Assembly: GCA_002269645.1 (NCBI GenBank)
Contig: NIVC01000102.1
Location: 391,950 to 455,949 of the forward strand
Reading direction: 5' to 3'
DNA length: 64,000 nucleotides
DNA from: Macrostomum lignano
Taxonomy: Eukaryota
Both the position numbers and the translations under genes were made by a program. Shown here piece after piece: positions 51,297-63,700 of this stretch. Each line of letters begins with the position of its first letter. Position 1 is the stretch's first letter. Under the pieces are notes generated by a model. That model was not told where the DNA came from and did not search any database. It saw only the letters and a list, made by a program, of their open reading frames with translations.

Positions 51297-52828
51297 GCAG
51301 CCAGCCAGCTAACAGCAGCCCAGCTTGCGGAGTGCGGCCTGCGCAGGACCTCTGTCACGCGATCGGGTGCTGCAATGGATCGAAAAATACGAGGTTGGGA
51401 TCGGATTTCCCGTTGAATATGGGAAATGAAGCGCCACTCCATCTTGTGAGAGCCACCCGACCCAATTCAACCAACGAACTCAGAGTGAGCTTCAGCTTAC
51501 AAGAGAAAGACATCATGAGACGGCTGAGCACAGTCCAGGGCCAGCTGTTCACACTCATCAAGTTCATCTTCAAGAGACACTTGCCGCTCACTCTGGACAC
51601 AACTGGACTCAAGACCTACCATGCAAAGACTCTGCTATTCTTCATGCTAGAGAAGCGTGGCAGAGATCCGAAAGCTGAGGCACGGTGCGTCCGGATGGCA
51701 TTTCATGGGGCTACTCAAGCCACGAGTAAAACTTTGCAGCCCCACAATCTGATCGCTCTGCTCAAGGAGTCTCTCGACATGATGCTGAGCTTAATTGACT
51801 CAAGTAGCTCGCCCGATGAGTGCATGCCGCACTTCTTCATGCCCGACGCTCCGCTCTACTTCAAGAACGCTGGAATCGGCGGCGACTTCGACAACACGAA
51901 GACGAGGGTTCGAGACCGACTTTGTGAGCTGAGAAGCGACATCGGCGGAGTGGTCGAGCAGCTGATGAGTCTCCTGAGACTTCTGCAGTCAGAGAAGTTC
52001 TACTTTCACCCGTTCACTCTGCTGCCTCTGACAGCGCCGCCTGCTGTCACGGAGATCAGGAAAGGAAGTTATGCTTCAGAGTTTTACTACAAGTTCGCAG
52101 ACGTTTACAGTGTGGTGCACCAGTGTGTGAGCGAGCTGCAGTCGGAATCGAGCGACAGAGACACTCTGATGAGGCAGCTCAGTCTCCTGCATGAGCTGAA
52201 GTGGTGCAAGTGCGCCGCCCTGTGCATGACCGCCATGGCGCATTTGAAGTTCGGAGAATCTGAGGAGGCTGAGAGACTCGCGATGGAGCTGCAGAGACAT
52301 CAGTTGGAGTCAGGGTTTAGGCCAAAAGATATTCAAGTGTCTGAAAACAGCCAATCTAAATTTCCAGAAGACTCAGACTGGGCGTGGAGGTTCTGCCTCC
52401 CCTGCGACTCTCCGCCTCGCTTCCCATTCCTTCCCGAGTTCACGCAGACTCTGTTCACAGCCAGACTGTCGCAGCCTCTCTCCTCCCACCTGTACGTGAG
52501 CTTCCGCTGCCTGAGCTGGAGTCTCCAAGCTGAGCTGCTCTGCAATCGCACACCTGCAATTAAACTGGAGGATTGGAAGCAAGAACTGGAAGAAGACCCA
52601 GACTTGGAGGAGCTGCTCACTCTGGCTCACTACAGCAACTGCCGCGAGCACGTGAAGTTCAGCCTGCAGCAGATGAAGATGATCGAGAAAGAGAGACGCG
52701 TCGCCATGGAGACGCAGGACGAGGAGAAGATCGGCTGGGTCAGGCAGAAGCTGGAGAGACTTGATGCAGCGGTAGTTCGGCCCGCCTCGGAGACACAGAG
52801 ACGTGGTCGGAAAAGAAGAGCTGAGTGA
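51297..52828 (+). CDS. Ankyrin-like/cGLR fusion, exon 3: Mab-21 C-lobe plus helical (TPR-like) tail
   Basis: ccgcag|GC phase 1; QDLCHAI, LRVSFSLQEK, LIKFIFK, KTYHAKTLLF, MPHFFMP correspond to cGAS/Mab-21 motifs; three exons total 5550 nt (1849 aa). Confidence 0.85.
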
Positions 52829-53659
52829 CACAGAATTCATGCCGTTTGGGGTAAATATTTTTTGGAAGAAATTAGCCCAGCAAAGTATAAAAAATATAAC
52901 ACTCTTATCTGATTTCTATACTTATTACATACAGTTCATTACGCACTGTTGATTTTTGTAAATTAAATGAAATCCCTCCTGCTTTTTTAGTTTTAAGGAC
53001 GGCTTAAGTACTTGTTGTATTAATTATACATTTACGACCCATCATTGACTCAAGATAAACTTTTTCATAACTAGCTACAGTAGTAACGCCACACCAGTGT
53101 TGTCTTTTTAATCTTCTTAAGTAGCTAGTCCATTTATTAGGAATTTTATGTGATATTTTTTTCTTTGGCCTTTGACGCAGTGCAGTTTCGAGTTGGTGAA
53201 AGACATGTCTCTGTGTTTATTTAGCTTTTTACGAGCGAAAAACGCAGCTAAAACAACTCATGTCTAGTATATTGGAAAATTAATCACAGCAAGGACCTCT
53301 GTTGTATATTACACCATGGATGTATTGATACAGATTTATTACCATAGATACATTACCATATAGATTACCATCATGGATAAATTGATTGATTAAATATTGG
53401 TTTTTGCAACGTACACAGGTAAGGAGGGTAAGATTGAAAACAATTGATTACAACTTGGCTTTAACAACATAAATAGGTAGGTAGGAGATAAAATTATAGA
53501 TTGAGATTGAAAATTAAACCAAATGTACACAATTCTTGTCCGGTGGTCAAAAGGCAGAATCAGGGGGGGGGGGGTAGCTTAAGTAATTGAACGTCAAACA
53601 AAATGTACACAGCGTACACGACTGTGTCACTCACTGTTCAGAAAACGCGGAGAACGTGA

Positions 53660-54045
53660 CCTGCACCACAATGTTGTAATTGGGTGTTGAGATTCGGGGT
53701 CTGAGCTTTTATGTGCAGGGCCTCGAGAATTCTAAGTTTGGCGTCAGTATGGCTTTGGTCAATGATTTTAAAGTGTTCTTCTGGTTTGCAGTCATTGCAG
53801 TTAGTGCATTCAAGAAGATGTACACAAGGTTTAATTTACAAGCAATTGTTTTTTACTCTTTTTTACTCTCCCATGAAAGCTGACTGCACAAGAATCCATA
53901 AGAGCCTGTTGATTTCAGCACAAGTTTTGGCCATAGACTAATGTTAGCCAGGCTGAACACTGCGCGCAAACCGATTCCTTCCCATGTGTGTTTGCTCCAT
54001 AGACTCAGCAACCATAGACAATTGCTTGTTTGTCTTTTCCTCACT
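53660..54045 (-). mobile_element. Penelope-like element GIY-YIG endonuclease remnant
   Basis: Minus strand reads HFKIIDQSHTDAKLRILEALHIKAQTPNLNTQ, typical of the PLE endonuclease C-terminus; degenerate AIVY..VYGQ upstream. Confidence 0.55.
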
Positions 54046-54811
54046 TTTTTCTCTAACCTTTATGTACATAACACTGGCCTGTTCACACGCGCTCCTTCGA
54101 ATAAAATTTTTCTTGACCACATCATGGAGCTGAGATCCGCAGCTTTCATTTGAATCAAGTTACAATTAAAACGGACTGAAATTATGTCCGCTAGAAGACA
54201 TCGTAGCAAGGGTTCCGGAACTTTTGACGGACAGTATAGATTCAATGAAATTTGAATAAATAATTGATCAGTTAAATAAGTTTCTCAGTCTCGGGTATCT
54301 AAAACTGTTGAAGATGAAATCCAAAGTGCCTGTCTGACCAAATTAGGACCATTTATATTTTCATAGCCTTTTTCAAATGCATTTGCTATACTGATCTAAA
54401 CTCATGGAAACAATGTGTGTAGGATCCGTTTCTATCGATTATGATAAGATATTTGATAAGATTTATTGATAAGATAATAAATAGTGCAGCAGTGCCTCGT
54501 GTAGTTGTGTTCATATATTGTGGCCTTGTGGTCGTGGATTCATGGTTTGAAAGTTTTTATAGCTATAATTTTAGTTCTTATTCTTAATAAGTTTTTATTA
54601 TTTTGAAGTATCTGCTAGAGGGAGATGCGACACCTTGAAATCTTTTGGCCGGAGGCTTGGGTGAAGTTGGTTCGCCCCTGGCCCTGACTCCCGTGACAGT
54701 ATGATTGTGTGAATAAGCATGAAAACAAAGTACGCTCGTAAAGTATTGTAAAAGCACATTGAAAGGTATAAAATATCATTTTCATAATAGATATTAACAA
54801 ATTACCATTTA

Positions 54812-54910
54812 ACTCCTCCCCGGGGAAACCCCGGGGATTCCCCGGGGAAAGGGTTCAAATTCCCCGGGGACCCCGGGGAGTAGAAAGTCCGGGGAATTGA
54901 CATCCCTAGT
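54812..54910. mobile_element. Single end of a hAT-like MITE with ccccgggg palindromes
   Basis: Reverse complement starts tagggatgtcaattccccgg; partner end not found. Confidence 0.4.
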
Positions 54911-55239
54911 TGTAGCTATCGCATTTTTATAATCTTTTATACATCGCCTTTTTATAAATCTTTTGCTTTTACAAACCATGCTGGATTGCTTTGATAGTTT
55001 GATTTGCGAATTGCCATCCACTGTTAAACTGCTGCAGAGTTTGCCTACACAGAGGGCAGTGGTTGGATTGGAATTTCTCTCTTAACTGTAATGGCTAAAC
55101 GTAGCCTCTCGGGGGTGCATAGAAGACTATAAATAAAGTTATTCCAAAACACTGTACATTTGCTATGTACATTCAGCCCCATCGCCTGACCCTTGGCCTG
55201 GCTCTGGGGGAATGAGTGAGTGAGTGGCACAAACAACAT

Positions 55240-55690
55240 AAAAAGCAGACAAACTTCACATGCTTACAGTTTCCGTCCTGATTGAGTTACAGAGTTGAAA
55301 ATTTACATTTAGACAGAGAATAAGTCAATGAAAAATTGTGTCAAGTTTGAAGTCAATCGCTTTACGTGGAGCAAACTTATGGCAGCCGAAAGTTGGTCAA
55401 TTTTTTAAATCCCTTTTCCACATCTCGCCAGATAAGGGAAGGAGAGAGGCGGCGGTTGGGGTGGTTACTACGCTGAAAAAAACAGCCTAACTTTAAAAGT
55501 GCACAGCGCTGTTGAGGATTAAATTTGAGACTCGAAATTTTACATGATTGTGTCAAAATAGTTGAAGATTGTTCGCGTCAAATTTGAAGACGATTGGTAA
55601 AACTAGAGCGGCGCTATGGAGGATTTAGTGAAAAAATCTCGCACTTTAGCAGTTTTTTGCACTTTTAGGTAGGAAGACGAATGGAGAATG
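55240..55690. mobile_element. Probable non-autonomous Helentron/HINE-like element
   Basis: Internal duplicated aaattttacat..tgtgtcaa..tttgaag(t/a)c.at motif typical of such elements; termini not resolved. Confidence 0.35.
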
Positions 55691-55859
55691 GAGCGGTGCC
55701 AGAATCGCCAGCTTCATCACCCGGAGGCTGGAGTAATAGCTGCTACTGGGAATGCAGACTCGAATGGACCGCCTGCGGTGCCAGTCTGAACGGCTGTCAG
55801 GGGAACTTGGACTGCTTGCAATGATATTGCAGTTGCTTGGGAATTACTGCGGCTTCGTC

Positions 55860-56560
55860 CCTGCATTCCCTCTCTCTGCCCCTTTATTCCCTCTCTCTGT
55901 CCCTTCATTCCCTCTCTCTGTCCCTTCATTCCCTCTCTCTGTCCCTTCATTCCCTCTCTCTGTCCCTTCATTCCCTCTCTCTGTCCCTTCATTCCCTCTC
56001 TCTGTCCCTTCATTCCCTCTCTCTGCCCCTTCATTCTCTCTCTCTGTCCCTTCATTCTCCCTCTCTCCCTGTCTCTTCACTCCCTCTCTCTCTGTCTCTT
56101 CATTCCCTCTCTCTCTGTCCCTTCATTCTCCCTCTCTCCCTGTCTCTTCACTCCCTCTCTCTCTGTCCCTTCCCTCCCTCTCTCTCTGTCCCTTCATTCC
56201 CTCTCTCTGCCCCTTCCTTCCCCCTCTCTCTGTCCCTTCCTTCCCTCTCTCTGTCCCTTCATTCCCTCTCTCTGTCCCTTCATTCCCTTCTGTCTCTGTC
56301 TCTTCATTCCCTCTCTCTGTCCCTTCATTCCCTCTCTCTCTGTCCCTTCATTCCCTCTCTCTCTGTCCCTTCATTCCCTCTCTCTCCGCCTTCATTCTCC
56401 CTCTCTCTTTGTCCCTTCATTCCCTTCTGTCTCTGTCTCTTCATTCCCTCTCTTTGTTCCTTCATTCCCTCTCTCTGTCCCTTCATTCCCTCTCTCTCTG
56501 TCCCTTCATTCCCTCTCTCTGTCCCTTCATTCCCTGTCTGTTCATTCCTCTTTTCTTCTC
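55860..56560. repeat. 21-bp CT-rich minisatellite (tcccttcattccctctctctg)
   Basis: Direct reading. Confidence 0.95.
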
Positions 56561-57359
56561 TTCATCTCAATCTCCCACCCTTCAATTTCTCCGTTCATCT
56601 CTCTGCTTTTTACTTAACTTGTTGAAGTTGTGGTTCTGTCGAACTGCCCCGCAAGGAGATTTTTTAAACACTTTTAGCCTAATACGAGTATCTTTTATAA
56701 TTTTCTCGAAAATCATTGTCAGCTTGTAACGATTTTGCTTTATTAGAGACAATTTGCTCGTAAGATGCAGTAAGCGTGTTTCTCAGCTGCCTGTCCTACT
56801 CAAACTTTAATTTTTTTCTTTCAAGAAAACCAGAATAAAATTGCAACAATTTAAAACCGAAAACATTCGATTTACAACTTTAAGGCAAATTCTTGACGCA
56901 GCTGTCAACACTTGCTGTATGGGATTGAACTTCCCATTTTATTCCTCTGGATTTGCAGTGCATTGTGGGCTGATGGCAGCTGCGCGCGGCTGGGGGAGTC
57001 CTGGGGATCGGTTTTTATTGCCTTCTAGACTCGGCACCTCGTTGGCGGCTCATAAAGCACAGTGCGGAGGTGGGACTGCGGGGGTGCTTTTGAACTCGGG
57101 CGAGAAATCGAAGTTCAGAAATCCATTGCTGCGCATGGACTGCTAAATACTAAAGTAATTATAGTTAGCATCTGGATTGGAAACATCTACTTCTGAGTTG
57201 GAGCTAATTGCTATTCATTTCAATGGGAATTAATATTATTAGCTAAACTGATAAGTCGATAAATAAACCCTACAAAGTGTAAAGAAAAGACACTGATAAC
57301 ATGGAAACCATGAGAACAATTTAACAAGAAAAAATCTTTAAAAACAAAAAGCGGGAAAA

Positions 57360-57700
57360 GATGAGAACAGCGAAACTACAAAGTATGAGAACCATGAGAA
57401 CAACTATGAAAACCATTAGAACAACTTTTAGAACCATGAGCACAACTTTGAGAACCCCCATGAGAACAACTATGAGAACCATGAGAACAACTTTGAGAAC
57501 CATTAGAACAACTATGAGAACCATGAGAACCATTAGAACAGCTTTGAGAACCACGAGAACAACTATGAGAATCATGAGAACAACTTTGAGAACCATGAGA
57601 ACAACTATGAGAATCATGAGAACCATTAGAACAGCTCTGAGAACCGTGAGAACAACTATGAGAACCATTAGAACAGCTTTGAGAACCATTAGAACAACTA
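57360..57700. repeat. atgagaacc/atgagaacaact minisatellite
   Basis: Direct reading. Confidence 0.9.
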
Positions 57701-57724
57701 ATCGTTTACTCGATTAGAAACTAC

Positions 57725-58620
57725 TCGTTTCTAATTAATGGTGCTTCATTTTCTGCTACAAGCTGCCTGATCTGTGCAGTGCGGTACGCCTTTGGAGTTC
57801 AACTGGCTTCGCTGAGACTGCAAGGACTGTGAGCTGCCTGGCTGAATGAGCTATACAGTAGGATTTTGTCAGTCAGTTTAATTTTGCTGAGCATGATCAC
57901 GCATAGTGTAGGCATATGTACACTGTCTGTGCCCAAGGCCAAGTTTTGTGCAGGAGAAATATTTGGGTTGTCGATATTAGGTTTAGGTTTTTCTATATTA
58001 GGTTCAGGGTTGCCGATATTAGGTTTCGGGTTGTTGATATTAGGTTCAGGGTTGTCAATATTAGGTTTAGGGTTGTCGATATTAGGTTTAGGGTTGTCGA
58101 TATTAGGTTTAAGGTTGTCGATATTAGGTTTAAGGCTGTCGATATTCGGTTCAGGGTTGTCGATATTAGGTTTCTGGTTGTCGATATTAGGTTTAGGGTT
58201 GCCGATATTAGGCCTAAAGTTGTCAACATTTGGAGTAGGTTTGTGATTTTTTGGACTAGGGTTGTAAATACTAGATGAAATGGGCGATGTCCTGCGGTTT
58301 AGGCTACTGGTTTACTGGTTTCTTTTCAATTTGATTAATTGAGCTCGGGAGACTCCGGACTTAGATTAAGCTGGAAGATTTTTAGCTACCTTAAATTGTA
58401 TGAGTAGTCGTTACGATCTAGGCTACGTTGCTCTACTAATCTGCTGTTACGTACTTTTATTTGGTAGTGCTTTGCATCGGCCGCGATGTACTCTGTCACT
58501 GTGCAGCTGGCTGCACTGCAACTGCTGGCTGCTGCCGCCAAGTCTGCTGGCTGCTGCTGGCAACAAAGATTGAAGTCTTTGTATAGCAATATTCTAGGAT
58601 GTAACTGATAGATTATAGTA
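57725..58620 (+). pseudogene. PIGW: PIG-W pseudogene fragment (part of exon 1, intron 1 and the 3' end of exon 3; middle deleted)
   Basis: 57725-58268 matches about 38950-39445; 58466-58620 matches about 41190-41345. Confidence 0.85.
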
Positions 58621-58840
58621 ATTTTCAGTTTTATTTTTGTTAGATTAGGTTTAATTTGTTTCGAGGGTGTTACGCATGTACTTTTATATTATGATTGCCC
58701 GTTTAATATGCAAGGGAGTTACATGTACAATTTGCTTCTGTTATTCATATTTTTAATATAAAAATAGCGTCAAATATAGATCTTACAGACACTTAGTATG
58801 CGAGAAAGTGTGTAGTCTATAATTTTTCCTTCTAAATATA

Positions 58841-59731
58841 TAGCTTTTTGCGTTCTAGTTTGGACTGCGGGCTTTTAATTTGGACACAAAGTTGAGCAAA
58901 GCCCAGAGAATGCTGGCTAGTCTATGGCACAAGCCAGAAACAACTGACGGGCTTTTAAATTCGACAGCGGGCACAAATTTGGACACAGAAGACAAGAAGA
59001 TCAAAGTTAAGAGCGACAGTAATCAGTTTTTGAGGGTAGGTTATGAATCTATATTTGACCCAAACATTGAACTTGACCTTGGTAGCTGGTCGTCCTGACC
59101 CCTCCTTCCGTAGCACAGAATCTTCTCCAGTTGCTGAGTAGCTATCCAGAATTCCATAAATGGTTGATCTTGGGACACCAAGCTCAGCAAAATATTTTGC
59201 GATTGCATTTTTGCTCAGCCCAGGGTGCTCAATTTTATATTGTACAACCAGTTTACGCCGCTGCTCTTCATTTAGAGACTGCATCTCAGACGTGACGGGG
59301 CAAACGAGTGAAAAAAACAACTTAAGTTGTGAGGAAGACCCCCAGTATTGCTCAAAAGCATCAGTTCAATAAATTCGCCTTGTTAGTTTGTCTATGGCAA
59401 AAACTAACCATGTCCAGATTTTTACCAATCACCCAGTATCCAAACCGTTAGGTACAATTTTCTAAAACTTTAAACTTTAAGACTCTTGCGTTGTCAGAGC
59501 CTGTTTCTTCCTTCTAAAAAAACTCGTCGAGTGTTTTGTGCGCTGGCTCAAGAAAAAACATGCAAGAGAAAGGAGAAGGAAAAGACTGTCCGAATTTGTG
59601 CCCGCTGTCGAATTTAAAATCCCGTCAGTTGCTTCTGGTTTGTGCCATAGACAAGCCAGCATTCTCTGGGCTTTGCTCAACTCTGTGTCCAAATTAAAAG
59701 CCCGCAGTCCAAACTAGAACGCAAAAAGCTA
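58841..59731 (-). mobile_element. Internally deleted Tc1-like transposon
   Basis: About 140-bp TIRs (tagctttttgcgttctag..); flanking TA; HTH remnant LSKNAIAK..VPRSTIYGIL..GSGRP; absent at the homologous site near 41525. Confidence 0.85.
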
Positions 59732-60762
59732 TATCATAGTTTTCAAATTCTGTTGACAAGTTTAATAGTACCGAGACAAGTTCAATAGTACCAGACAAGT
59801 TTAATAGTACAAGACAATCAAGTTTAATTGTACAAGAAAACAAGTTCAATAGTACAGCACAATAGAAGTTGTAATTGTGCATGTAATTGCAGAAAAAATT
59901 CATGCAAAATACTGTAAGCGAAGCGATAGCAAGGTCTAGTGCAGAATCTCTATTTTGACAAAATTTACTTACTGTATATGGTCACATACAGCTATAAAAA
60001 GCCGTGTAGATTAAAAGCGAAGACAGAAGACAGGGCTGTACAGTCTTAGCTATCTTACGCGTACCCTCGTATGCATCGCATAAAAAGGTGCATGAATAAA
60101 CAAATAATGGACGGCAGCTCTTGTCTTGAGATTCTGAGCGAAGATCTTTGCGAATCAACTGAAGGTTTTAATAAAAGCATCGGCAAGGAGATTTTTTAGC
60201 CAGAAGATCGAGGCGCGTACGCACAAGCCTCAGTTTTCTCATTTAGTATAGCGTCGGATTACGCCAAAAGCTTATTACGCCGAGCCAAAGGCCACTAATC
60301 TACCGTATTCGAAATCGGTTTGTACTGAATTTACTACACTCGCTTAGTTTATGCCTTTATCAGTTTAGTTCGTACATTTCAGTGCGAGTCACAATCAATG
60401 TTTTCGGATGCATTCATCCTAAAACCATTAAATTTTGTAAATAAGCTCAGTTTAAAAGTTTCAGTTATTTTAGACTTTAAACAGCAAAAGTCTACTTGGA
60501 TAAAATTTATTGCTCTAGGGTAGATTAGTAAAATTCGATCAATAACATAAAATCGTTGCTTTTTTAAACACTTTATCGATGTGTACATGTAACTAGATAA
60601 AACAGCTACACTGACACTGATATGATATATATAAATCCGCTGTCCACCCTGCCAAATTACAGATTGATGATGTCATCCAGCTTCACACCAGTAATTTACA
60701 TCCTATCTGCTTAAGGCCCACTGAACTGTTCTCGGGGGCACAGCTGAGAATTCTGAAGGCAA

Positions 60763-63700
60763 ATGGCCGAACCAGCCAACATCAAGGATGCTGTGGCCAT
60801 CGGAGACTTGCAGTCGGTTGAGGCATTCCTACAGGCAATCGGTGATGAGGCTGAGAAAGGCAAAGCTGCAGACAAACTGACTCGGTTGGCTGCTCGCTCT
60901 CGCCAGTGGGAAATCGTCAGACTTCTTGTGCAAGCAGTTGAAGACTCGAGCCCAAAGGACCGCTGCTGCCTCGAAATTGCAAAAGTCGCCGCCCTGTCAA
61001 ACGAATGGGCGATGCTGAAGTTCCTTGTGGAAGCGATCGCTGATCAATCTGTGAAAGACCTGTGCTGTCAGAAGACGGTGAAGTCTGCTGCATGGTCAAG
61101 TCAATGGGAGACAATCAAGTTTTTGGTTCAGACTGCTACTGACCCCAAGGTAAAGGATAGCTGCTGCCTGAAGGCAATGAACTTTGCTGTAAGCGAGCGT
61201 CACTGGAATCTGTTCCTATTTCTGCTTCAAGAAACTTCTGACCAGGACATCAAGAACAGCTACTGTAGCGAGGTGTGCCAACTCGCAGCCAGCGAGTCCC
61301 AATGGGAGGTGGTGAAGCTCCTGCTGCAGGCCGCCTCCGACCCAGCGGTGACAGACCGGTGCTGCTCCGAGTCCGCCTGTTTCGCAGCCGCATTCGCCCT
61401 GTTCGATACCGTGCGGTTTCTGTCCGAACGAATCACCGACAGAAGCGCAAAAGACCAGTGCTGCAGACAGGTTGCAGTCATCTACGCCGAGGCCGGGCGC
61501 CTTGACCTGATGAAAGACTTGGTGCAGTCCATTGCCGATCAGAAGGTCAAGGACGAGTGCTGCAAAGAGGCTGCAAAATCGGCAGCTATCGAAAGTCAAA
61601 CACCCGAGCTGCAGTTTCTGCTTGAGTCGATTTCTGATCAGAGCACGAAAAACCAGTGCTGCATTGAGGCTACTCAGGAATCTATCAAAGGTTGTTCTTA
61701 TAACAATGCTGAGTCGTTGCGTCTTGATGGAGACCAAACCGATTTCATCAGCGACAATAAAGGAGATGACAAAGAGGTCAAGCATCAGGTGCCAGCGTTG
61801 CAAATGTTGTTTGAGTCTCTTTCTGACGGTCAAGCAAAAGACCAGTGGTGTCTCAAAGCCGCAGAATGTGCTGCAGCAGTTGGTCGCCTCGAAGTCGTGC
61901 AATTCGCTGTGCAGAGGGCGTCAGAGCGGAGCGTGCAGGAGCAGTGCTGGGCAAGAGCTGCAGAGTCTGCCGCACGGAGCAACCAGTTTGGGCTGGTGAA
62001 ATGCATGTTGCCTGCAGTTGTGCGCCAAGATGTAAAGGACGAGTGCTGCATGCAGGCTGTGAAGTACCATGCATCTACTGGATGCATAAACGAGGCTAAG
62101 TACTTCTTCTTTAAACTTTCCTCACAGTCCCTAAGGAATAAGTGCAGTGAGGAGGTTTTAAACGACATCAGTACGTCAGAACACAAAAAACTCATTGCGC
62201 AAAACAGCTATTGGACGTTCGTGGATTTCCTTGTTCAAGCGATTTCGGACCAAGATTTAAAAAATCGCTGCTGCTCTGATCTGATTCGAGCTTCGAGCAA
62301 AATCCACTGGCCAGCCTGGTCCTTTCTGATAAACTTAATTTTAGACCAGACAGTGAAAGATGACTGCTGCAGAGTTTTGGCTCAATCTGCATCTCAACAA
62401 GGTCAAATTGATATTGCAAAGAATTTTATAAAGAGAGTCGCTGCTCAAAGCATAAAAGACAAGTGCTGCTTGGAGATTGTCACATCTGCGACGCCAAGTA
62501 CTCGTAACTGGCAATTTTTGACATTTTTGCTTGCTTCAGTAGTTGATATCGACGCTCAGAATGAATTCTGCATTGCGGCAGGAGCTGCAATTATGGAGCA
62601 GTATGGATGGAGCAAAGTGAAAGTCTTTTTACGGAGAATCATCGGTCAGGGTTTGAGAGATCTGTGCTTTGCGGCAATGTCGTATAACGTAAAATTTTTT
62701 TCGGATGTTTTGCAAAGCAATCCGCGAATGTCAACTGAAGCGATAAACTTTGCAATGAATATCGTCAACAAGAGCATGAGAAGTAAGTTTTTGCTGGATC
62801 TTGCGAGCCACTTTACTAAACCTAAAATGTGGGATGAAGTGAATAAGGTACTGAATATAATCATAGACCAAAAATTAGATAATCAGAACTGCAGGAAGTC
62901 CGCAAACACTGCTGTGAGTGCCCGCGAGTTGGATATAGTGAAACAGTTTCTGCAAACAAAGACTGAGTTAGGTAATAAAATCTCTGCTGGCGAGGCGATA
63001 GTTCAAACGGCAGCCGAGGATAATCATTTTGATACAATAAATCTACTTCTACAGGCAATTCCTGATCCATTTGACAAAGACCAGTGCTGCCTGCAAGCCA
63101 TTTTAAGATGTTTTGTTCCACTGAAAGTCGCATGCGTAAATGACGACTTCCTTTGTATTATATTTGATTCCGCCTCAAGTTCTCAAGCGCAGGACCAGTT
63201 TAGAATGCTGGTGGCAGTTATATCTGCACAATCAGGTGACCTGGAAAGTTTAAAATCCTATTTAAGCTCGATTGCGGATGCTGCAATGCGCAGAAACTGT
63301 TGCAGAGATGCAGCTGTTGCAGCAGCACGCTGTGGGGAATCTGAAGTACTACAATTTCTCCTGTCAACAGTCGCTGACCCGAACGACAAGGACGAGATCT
63401 GCTTCCTTGCTGCGAAATCATCAGCCAGTCACAGTCGATTGAAATGTTTCCAGTTGCTTGTTCAGACTGTTGCGGACCAGAAGCAGCGAAGCCAATGCTG
63501 TATGAGGTCAGAAGTCTTCGCCAATGATGAGAACAAGTTGAGCTCCGTCAAACGCTTGGTGCAGGCTGCTGGTGCGAACGGCTTCAAGGATCAGTTCTGC
63601 ATGGAAGTCGCAAGTGCGATCAATTATTTCTCAGGACCAGAACCACCTAAAGAACTTCAATACCTCATTGATGCGGTGTCCAGCCATCAGGTTCGCGATT

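Noticed and set aside
50846-52828. Bacterial CBASS CD-NTase or contamination
   Set aside because: Spliceosomal introns, Mab-21 C-lobe motifs, eukaryotic neighbours, and no operon or effector gene
55717-57717. MKGQREG-, SLSLHS- and MRTT-repeat ORFs
   Set aside because: Minisatellite translations with no unique coding flanks
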